IMG/VR virus record: IMGVR_UViG_3300014205_000175
Coordinates: 1-64,000 of that record
Source of the DNA: a virus
Taxonomy: Duplodnaviria > Caudoviricetes
Strand: one strand, 5' to 3'
Length of the DNA: 64,000 nt
Below the pieces are notes generated by a model. The model ran no database searches. It saw nothing but the letters and a program-made list of their open reading frames with translations, and had not been told where the DNA came from. Position 1 is the stretch's first letter, and every line of letters starts with the position of its first letter. Shown here piece after piece: positions 46,956 to 56,300 of this stretch. Made by a program: the position numbers and the translations under genes.

Positions 46956-48008
46956 ATGGCCATACCCAGTAAGCGCTTTGAATTTATCGACGATGAGAAC
47001 AAGATCGTTATTACAGATTTTAATAACGTTACTTCCAACGCTATATATAACTTCCCTCACGTGGAAGCTGATAGTTTCGAAGAGTTTTTTCGTCAGCTAG
47101 CTAATAGGAACGATGATGATGAGGAAGTAGTCCCGGTGATACCACCAGACCCCCCAGTAGACCCCGAGATACTGCCATATATCTCACTTGAGGCATTATA
47201 TCAGTTCTTTAATATGGAGCTTAACAACTTCCCTGTCGCCTATTTTAGTCCGGTATTCGATGGTAGTGCCTCGCGCGATCGGGTAGCCGAAACAATCGTC
47301 AGAGGGTTATTTCCTGTCGGCGGTCTTGACTCAGGCGATCCTGTTGATGAGGCTGAATTCACGGCTAAACACAGCCATAAAATCGAGATTCTCAAATACC
47401 TCATTCCTGCATTCCCGTCAGCACCAGTACCTCTCGATCTAAATAGCCCTAATTTGATGCACTACACTATTACCATGAGTAGCCTGCATAGTAATTATAA
47501 TGCAGAATTTAAAGCTTTTGTTATTAGTAACGGTGAAATCATCACTTACCAGATATTGTTTCATGTGTGGCGACCTATTATTGCTGCTGGTTACAGTTAC
47601 GGGTTCTATGGCCTATTAAACCACATGCTCACGGAGTTACCGGTAGCTGGTCAGTTGTATGTGGATATATCTTATTACACGCTTAAGGAGTACGGTCACG
47701 ATTCGTTGACGATGCTCGATATTGCTTCAGCAACGAATATCTCGCTCCTGGGTGCGTTATTTGTCCCATTGGGACCAGAGGTAATGGTTAAATTTACGCT
47801 CCCTCCACGGTTAAAACTAGCCGACTATATGGATTATTATGATATGGTCGATAAAGCGATGCAACGACTTAAGATCAAAAACACTTTTTTCGATGAGTCG
47901 CCTGACTTTACCCTATTGCAAGCTACTGCCTTAGTGCAAAAAATGGAGTCATTTGGTCAGCAGTCCCAACAGCTTTTACCCGATAGCGCCTACGCTATGC
48001 TGCTTTAA
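46956..48008 (+). CDS. Hypothetical protein, probably late/virion
   Basis: AGGAG RBS and ATCCAGTGG upstream. Confidence 0.65.
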   Translation: MAIPSKRFEFIDDENKIVITDFNNVTSNAIYNFPHVEADSFEEFFRQLANRNDDDEEVVPVIPPDPPVDPEILPYISLEALYQFFNMELNNFPVAYFSPVFDGSASRDRVAETIVRGLFPVGGLDSGDPVDEAEFTAKHSHKIEILKYLIPAFPSAPVPLDLNSPNLMHYTITMSSLHSNYNAEFKAFVISNGEIITYQILFHVWRPIIAAGYSYGFYGLLNHMLTELPVAGQLYVDISYYTLKEYGHDSLTMLDIASATNISLLGALFVPLGPEVMVKFTLPPRLKLADYMDYYDMVDKAMQRLKIKNTFFDESPDFTLLQATALVQKMESFGQQSQQLLPDSAYAMLL

Positions 48009-48013
48009 CACAC

Positions 48014-48058
48014 ATGCGTATAAGGGGGGTGGCAGCTAGCCACCCCCCTTATACGCAT
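48014..48058. terminator. 20-bp hairpin between convergent genes
   Basis: ATGCGTATAAGGGGGGTGGC-AGCTA-GCCACCCCCCTTATACGCAT. Confidence 0.7.
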
Positions 48059-48066
48059 AATGATTG

Positions 48067-50256
48067 CTATCTGTTAGGACCCGTAACAACATCGGAACCA
48101 CGTGAGCCCAGTTCCAATGCATTCATGCCTACTCCTAGTGGTGTATAAGACAATACCCCGGAAGTGGCCGAATCATGAATCGCCGAAGCCCAGTATGCCG
48201 ATGATGAATATTTACTTGCCTGCGTATACATGCGTGCTGCTTGCAAACGTGCTTTCGGTAGCGGGTAGATCTGGTTGTAGATATCTAAGCCTGCTACTAC
48301 CGCCATATAGTCCATTAGGATATTATCCTCATCCATCATCGGTAGAGTGTTACCGGCTGCCTGACTGATGAACTCCCAGATCGTACCGGTACCCATCGGC
48401 ATATGCATGATTGACGATAGATCGACAACGCTAAAAGTCACATCAACTGCCATCGGTTGACCCTTACGGTTAAAGGTCAGATTACTCGTACCGCGTGTGA
48501 TGCTAAGGGACTCAACCATGCCGAGCTGGATCTGACAGCGACCACGGTCGTAGACCTGACATAAGAATGGTGCACCATAAGTCTGTTTACCGGTAGAACG
48601 CGGTAACACCGATGCTAGTAACATGCAAAACGGGATATAGATGTTTTGTAGCTGCGAAAATGGATGCCCGTAGGGAGCTACGAGCTGAATAGTGTAGTTG
48701 GCACGCGGTAGGGTGGCAGTAGAGCTTTGCCACGTCTTAGGGATGTCGTAGTAACTACCGGCGAGTAAGGCGTGTAATCCATCGCTAAACCCTAGCGTCA
48801 AGCCACTTGCGGCACCTGCGACTATGTCTTTGATGCCAGTTACCCCGGCTTCCAAAGCATTGGCGATCAGACCGTCACCCAAATTACCACCGGCAAATGT
48901 AAAACTCATCTGACGCGCAGTACTCGATGACTGGTTGAGCTTTTGTGATAAATCGCTTTCCATCACTGAGTTACTAAAAGACTCTGAAGCCGCGCCGGTA
49001 CTGTCTACTTTAAATACCGCGAATGCCCCACCTTGTGAGAGCTCAGCATCAAGATAGGTAATGAGTTCTTCAGCCCACGATGGATTGGGGTTACTGCCAT
49101 CTTCTTGTGTGCCAGCGCGATGTTGTCCGGTGACAGGATCGATTTTTGGTGTTACTGAGGTGAGGGTGCGATCTGAATCATTCGGGATATTGAACCACGA
49201 CTGCAATTTACTGACTTCAGCGAGGATCGAGATCAGTGTGTGGTTGCCTTCGGGAGTGACGAAAATAGTGGTTTTACCAGTAGCGCCCTCGTTACGCACG
49301 TAACCCTCAAATGAACTGGGATCTCCGCTATTGAGCTGTTCATACTCTTTGAGAAACACCTGGTTAGCCATACGCTGTGCTTTGAGTGCTACGGCATAGA
49401 TATCGACACGTCCTTGTTCATTGAATATTTCAGGAAACCGTGCATGCATGTCATTGATAAAACCAGCATCGAAATTAAACGGATCGCCGATACGTTGTGT
49501 ACTTTGATCGCCGCCAGGGAACTTGGGCATCAAGCCTCGGTTGATTACAAGTGAGTTGACCAACATGTCGACGGCTGCCCAGTATAGAAACATCGTCGGT
49601 TTCATAGTGTAGAACTTACTTGTAGCGCGCGAGAAAAATTTACTGATGATGCGAGCACCGACTACCGCTGTAGTTAAGACCGGAAATGCCACTGCAGTAA
49701 ACACCGTACCGACGATTTGCCCGGCAGTATAAGCCCAGCCCTTAGCTTGACCAGTGTTGACAAGACTTGCCATACCAGGATTAAAAGCGTTGGTGAAAAA
49801 TGAGAACAGGGAATTATACTGCGGTACACCGAATCGTAGATATACGGTCTGAGCATTATCATCGATCGCTTCGCTATAGTAACGCCCCATACCGTGATTG
49901 CCCGTAGTGGCTCCGACGGTGACATCGGCGCGTCCTGCATAACGTCCTTTGATACGTACATCAGCATACCGGTTAAACTGTGGTCTGGCGTTTACTGCCG
50001 TGTTACCACCCATACGGGTATCAGTGAACTTGCGTGCAGCGCTAGACCAGTAACGGTTGGCGATGTCGTCTTGTACGTCAGAGGCGATTTGCTCGTTCTC
50101 TTCAGTGTGTGCAAGAGATGAATCTGACATCAAAAATGACATCTTAGCCCAGCTATTGTCAAGGATAGTGAAACTATCGCCAGTTGATGACTGTGTATTC
50201 ACACCTACTAGTGGACCTGCTGCGGTTTCGATTAGACGAGGATCTGCTGTAACCAT
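48067..50256 (-). CDS. Tail/baseplate hub-like virion protein
   Basis: KFTDT.MGGN..N..PQF..YAD, GMGRYYSEAIDDN, DIP..WQSS, L..PYG.P, S.SITRG. Follows the tape-measure-like gene. Confidence 0.7.
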   Translation of the reverse strand: MVTADPRLIETAAGPLVGVNTQSSTGDSFTILDNSWAKMSFLMSDSSLAHTEENEQIASDVQDDIANRYWSSAARKFTDTRMGGNTAVNARPQFNRYADVRIKGRYAGRADVTVGATTGNHGMGRYYSEAIDDNAQTVYLRFGVPQYNSLFSFFTNAFNPGMASLVNTGQAKGWAYTAGQIVGTVFTAVAFPVLTTAVVGARIISKFFSRATSKFYTMKPTMFLYWAAVDMLVNSLVINRGLMPKFPGGDQSTQRIGDPFNFDAGFINDMHARFPEIFNEQGRVDIYAVALKAQRMANQVFLKEYEQLNSGDPSSFEGYVRNEGATGKTTIFVTPEGNHTLISILAEVSKLQSWFNIPNDSDRTLTSVTPKIDPVTGQHRAGTQEDGSNPNPSWAEELITYLDAELSQGGAFAVFKVDSTGAASESFSNSVMESDLSQKLNQSSSTARQMSFTFAGGNLGDGLIANALEAGVTGIKDIVAGAASGLTLGFSDGLHALLAGSYYDIPKTWQSSTATLPRANYTIQLVAPYGHPFSQLQNIYIPFCMLLASVLPRSTGKQTYGAPFLCQVYDRGRCQIQLGMVESLSITRGTSNLTFNRKGQPMAVDVTFSVVDLSSIMHMPMGTGTIWEFISQAAGNTLPMMDEDNILMDYMAVVAGLDIYNQIYPLPKARLQAARMYTQASKYSSSAYWASAIHDSATSGVLSYTPLGVGMNALELGSRGSDVVTGPNR

Positions 50257-50290
50257 TGTAAAATCTCCTATATACTTTCAGAGGATATCC

Positions 50291-50324
50291 CCACCCCAGA
50301 CCTTCTTACGAGGGTCTGGGGTGG
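50291..50324. terminator. 15-bp hairpin
   Basis: CCACCCCAGACCTTC-TTAC-GAGGGTCTGGGGTGG. Confidence 0.6.
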
Positions 50325-50335
50325 AGGTTAGAATA

Positions 50336-53300
50336 TTAAATCACTTTACGATTGAGGCTGATCGGTAATTTATCCATCTGCGATGTTTTCAGTCGTGATG
50401 CCGGTGCCTGTGATGCTGGGGCAGTTTCACTAGGCATGGCTGATTTTAGCGCGGTAACGATCTCAGCGAATTTCTCGGCACTGATGTTACCCGAAATAGT
50501 CGTTAGCACTTGCAGCATCTGTTCTTGCAGGCTTACTGATTTACCCATTAGAGTTTCCACTCCGCTGAGTTGCTTGAGCATATCGGTGGCATTATAACGA
50601 CTACCGTTATCGATAGGAGTAACATTACTAGCAGTACGTGGTGCAGTAGGTACATTAAATGACGGTTGAGCGGCGGTTACCGCTGCCGGCTGACTACTAT
50701 TAGCCATCGCTGTACCGATAGCTGCTAGCGGACTACTAGCGCCAGTGGTACTGGTATCTTTGACTGGATTCGCTACCGCGACAGCATCAGAAGAAGCTGA
50801 TATAGGAGGTAGTCCGCTATCATTAGCCGCAGGAGCACCGATGTTAAACTCATTAGCTTTACTGGTAACCTTACCATCCAGATGAGCTAGTAGTTCTTCG
50901 ATTGTGCGCGGCTGATTATTGTTATAGAAAATTGGTGTATTGCTACGTGCTGCTTTGGGTAGCAACTCAGCAGCGATAGTGTCTGGACTGGCCGAGAGAA
51001 GCTTTTTCGCTCCCGATGGTCCTAGCATATGCGCTGCGTATAGTTCGACTGCCGATGCGTTAGGAGCTACATCGGATATTAAACGGGCATTAGCTTTCAT
51101 ATATTCAGCTGCCATCAGAGCATTAGCAACTGGATCGTTTTTCGACGTATTAGGTCCTAAGCCATATTGCCGACCGTGTTTACCGAGCATGTATTGCCAG
51201 GTCTTATCGACAAACTGAAATAGTCCGCCTGCAGAGCTTTGACTGCTGCGTGCAGTAGCTTTGAAGCCTGATTCGATTGCAGCGAACGTTTGCAGTGTAG
51301 TAGGATCGACTCCGGCGATCTGAGCGACTTGCTGCACCATGCGTTTGATCGCATCGGGGGATTTATAATTACCCGTAGATAGATCACGAATCGCATCCAT
51401 CGTACCGGGCTGAGCACCGAAACCAGCTTTACCGGCGACATCATTGATACCGTATTGGCCACGAATGTTAGCACTGGAGCTCACTGTAGCTTCACCTATG
51501 CTCACGATCCTGTCATCAACACCCATCGTGCGAGCAGTATTACCAGCCGTGCGTGCTGCGCCACGTGACGAGTTCAACCCACCATTACCGATGTCACGCG
51601 CCATACCTGCTGCGGCAGCACCGATGCTGGAAGTAGGCGTACTCATAGCAGGCTTAGCATCATTGGCTGCTGAAGGATACTTACCACCGGCAGCTAACGC
51701 TGGAGATGAGGCAGGTTTACCAAATGCATCAGGATCAAAGCCTTTGGTAGTGTAACTAACCTGCTCGGTTTTAGCTGGCGGTGCAACCTTACCTTTGCTG
51801 CCTTCCGGTGTCACCCCTTCGCTACTCAGAGCTATTTGAGTACTTGAAGGCGTGGGTTTCGAAGTGCTGCCGCTAGCGAGTATTTGCTGGGCAACTGCAT
51901 CATTACGTCGATATTTAACCGCACCGGGTTGTGCGCCATATCCTCCACCACCTCGATGCGCTGAAGCGAGTACTAGCTCACTGGCTAGTTGCGGGTTTTG
52001 ACGAACTGCGGTGAGTTTACCTTGAATGCCAGCTGGTTCGACATGCCAAGGTTCACCACCCACAGGTCGAGTAAAGCCGTATTTTTTCATTAATCCGAGC
52101 TGATCGAGTGCTGCAGCATCGGTGCTATTGATATCTACCGCGAGACCCGATTCATGTAGCGATCGTCCCGGCGGGGCAGCTTTACTAGGATTGGCGGCAT
52201 GCAGTGCAGCTTGTTTCTCATACGAGCGATAACCAGAGTTGACTTGAATCTTTTTCCCTGACATTTCGCCGTACTCTTGTGCCATCGCTTTGAAGCGCTG
52301 TAGCATCGTCGGATTGATTCCCTGTAGCTCTACACCACTACCAAGTTTTATGTAATTACCACCGCTCTCTCCACTACAGAGCTCGGGTGAAATAACACTC
52401 GTATTCTTTTGGAAAGCTTCATTATTAAGAATAGCTGGCTGAGATGCTTGAGCCAGTGGAGTTTTACTTGTACCGAGGATCTTATCGGCTGAAGATTGTA
52501 CCGAGGGTTGTGCGCTACCAGCTACTAATGAATCAGGCTCTTTAGAGGGAGCTACAGATGTTATTTCACCCACAGGCTTCGATGCAGCAGTAGCGATCGT
52601 AGTGGGTCGTTTCTGATATCTGGCTGGAGGCAAAGTCGCACGGGCGCGCGTTACGGCATCCAGATAATCGGCACGGCTGGCAGAGAGCAAATCTACTCCG
52701 GCAAACGGGCTTTCTTTGGTTTGATAAATATCATCAGGGACATCCAGAAGTGAGACGTACTTCTCGAAATTCTCGCTTTTGAGATTCGAGATCGACATTA
52801 GCGTCAAACGCGGATTGGTTGCCCACAAGGCATTACGGTTTTTTACATATGTCGGTATAAAGCGCTTGGACAACCATACAGCTAGTGTCTGGGCTTTAGC
52901 TAGACCAGTAGGAGTCTCGGGATCGACATCAAAGATCTCATAGACCACCTGCATTTCTATACGGTTATCCGAGACCGTAAAACCGTCGTTTTTAAAGACT
53001 TCGACTTTTTTCTGTATATAGTCTTCTAGTTTGAAGATCTGTTGATAGCGATCGTTCTCATCGCCATAGGACGGCAACCCATACTGGGCTAGGCGAATAT
53101 AGTCCAAGCGGCTAACATTTCGATCTTTGAAATACCGATATAATGCATAGACCGGATTAGCTTTGAGAGCTGTGATACCCATGCTTTTAAATAGATCTGC
53201 TGCCCGTCCGAGTACCGAAGAAGCTACGGCAGACTGGATCGTGCTAGGTAGGCCTGATTTTTCCACGGATGGCTTACCTCCTTCATCATTCTTAGAGGTA

Positions 53301-56300
53301 GGGTCAGACTTACTTACAGCAGCCGCAGCACCAGAGATTATTGCGGCTTTATTCATATCAGCTAGCGTCTTGGGTTCTTTAGCGGCTTTATCGAGCTTAT
53401 CGAGACCGAGGTCTTTCTTCGCCGCGACGATAGCAGCTTCGACATCTGACTTACCGGCTAAGAACTGCAGATAATCTTTGATCGGGCTATTGGTGACATT
53501 GTAATACGGAATGTCAACTTTGATCGCATCGATATAAATCTTGGCTTCAGCGAGTTTGAGTTTATCGATATCAGCGATAGCTAGTTTCGAGTTGGCTTTG
53601 AAAAGCGCCGTGCGATGCAGGTTGTATACATGGACGAAGCGTCCCAGAAACCATTCTTGTAGCGCTGCGATATGCTCTTCATCAGCTTCCGGGTCTAGAC
53701 CGAAGATCTCCAAGATCACATTGCCGTCGATCTTGCTCTGGTCGATCATCGCTTGTCCTTGCCGAATGACAGTAGCGTTGTCGCTGACATACTGTTCGAG
53801 CTTCAGTAGGTAATGGTAATACTCGCTATCAGCGGGCGGGATACCGTACTGTGCGAGACGAATAGCGGTGAGTTTAGAGGCACTGTTGCGAGTGAAAAAC
53901 TGGTAGCCTTTATATAACCCATAACCGACAGCACCGACGGCAGCAGCGCCAGCTATGAACGGCACCAGAGGGGAAGCAAGCATACCAGCACCCATTGCAC
54001 CGAATTGACCGATGCCAACAGCACCCAATCCAAGCCTGCCGACAGTAGTTACTGCCGACGCAGCGCTGGCGATACCACGACCAGCGAATAAAGCCCCTTT
54101 GCCGGCCATTTGCAGGCCTTTGACGGGGTTTAATGCGTAGTTAGCTACTGTGCCTACCCCACGGGCTACAGCGCCGACACCACGCCTTAAAATACCTGGC
54201 CTTCTAGCAGCCCCTCGACCTAACCCACGGCGTCCGCGTCGTCGACCCACTGCATCTCCCGCGCCACCTAGCATATCACCAATACTACCGCTAAGTGTAT
54301 CCATAACGCCACCGAACATATCTTTCATCGAGGCGATCTTATCTATCATCATATCGATAACATTACCACCACGATATCGTGCTTCTGATTTATTTTTGGC
54401 GTGCTCCTCAGCGCTTTTATGACGACGCTCCTCGGAAGCATTTTTCATTTTATCCAGCTTCTCTAACCAGCTGCCATCACGCCTGCCACTACCATCGACA
54501 TCATTAAAGTGCGTCAATCCACCGACACGATCTTTGACTGCCTTAGTAACGGTGTCATAACTAGTGCGAGCTTTATTGACAAGCTGATCTTTTTGCTCTT
54601 TGATACGTTCAGTCACCGATGGTGTGTCTGTCTCATCTTTGACCTTCGGAGGTTTAAGTTTGGACCATAGACCACTAATGCCAGAAACCATGGTATCGAT
54701 AACATTGTCACCGCGATACCATGGTTCGGGTTTGTCTTTGGCATGCTCCTCAGCGCTTTTACGACGGCGTTCTGCGGCAGCATTTTTCATCTTATCGAGC
54801 TTCTCTAACCAGCTGCCATCACGCCGGCCACTACCATCGACATCGTTAAAGTGCGTCAGGTCACGAATACGATCTTTGACGGTCGTGGCAGCAGTGTCGA
54901 AACGGGTACGGATTGTCGGCACTGGTTGGTCTGGTGTATCTGTGGTGACTGGAGTTTTCAGTTTGGACCGTAGGCCAGTAACACCCGAAGCTATAGTGCC
55001 GATAACATTATCGGCATGATGTTTATTAGCTGTGGTCAAGTCTTTTACGCGATCTCGTAATACGGTGCCGGTTTGTTTGACTCGGCCAAATAGTTTATCT
55101 GCACTGGCTGCAGTAGTAGATTTATTGATACCTTTCTCATCTTTAAAGCTACGTAGTCGCATCTTACCAGGACGACCAAGGAGATTTTTGATTGAGATAT
55201 CGCGTATGTCTAAGAGTACGTTATAGATATAACGATTATAGCCGCCCACACTACTGATGCCGTCACTGACTTTACTAGCAGCAGCTTGACCGAAAGCTTG
55301 GGTTTTACCCATCACCATACTGCCGAACTTGGCTACACGAGCGTAAGCGCTTTGGGCGCGTTCTTTGATAAAACGCATCGCCTTAGTCCTGATAGCTTCG
55401 ATCTCTACTCCTTGACTATTGATCAAACCGCGAGTGATATCTTCAGTAGTGAGTACAATATGTCCGTCAGTAGTAGCAACAGCACCCGTGATGAGTCCTG
55501 GGCGAGTGATCGCTTTACCACTGACCGTATCGATGTAACCGCCTAGACGCATGAGTTGAGCAGTCAGACGTGGTTCATTTTCCCCACGTACGTAAATATC
55601 GGTGGGTTCATCGAATAATTCAGCTACTGTCGTGCCGGCTTTCTTAACATTAGTCCACATGTCCTGCAAAGCTTGCGGGATCTTATTACGCACCACATCG
55701 GACGTGGTAGTGTAAATATCGCCAGCTAGATTCCACGCACCACTGATGAGTTTACCCAGACCGTCAGTAACTCTACCTTTGTTCTTTTTAATCTGCTCGC
55801 TGGCTAGATCGAACGTAGGTTTAGCGATACGGTCTTTAGTGAAGGTATAAGCACTCGTTGTGTTGTCTTGCAGTTTATTAAAAGCACCGATGCCACGTTT
55901 TTTGATGCCTGACAATAGTCGCGTAGCACGATCGCCAATACCGAGAGTAGCACTGGTAGGCACCTCTTGCAGAATCGCTGGAGAAGGCTGACTATCGGCA
56001 TTATTCCAACCGTCTTTGATATCTGACCATCCGCGTTTGAAACGACCGCCAGCCAGACGTGCAAATACTCCTAGACTTTGAAGTTTATCGCCAGCTTTAA
56101 AAGTAATACCGTTAAATAACTTACCATCCATACCGGCGATATGACTATCGATAGAAGCTGTATGGGTGCGGATCTCGCCTAGCACATCGAGCATCGCATC
56201 ACCGGTTTTGTTCGTAGCGATGCGAGTGTCGACTTTGGTGTTAAGATCTTGCACTGCCTGCATCGTCAAACCATTCATCGTTACCAGATCGATGCTCGTG

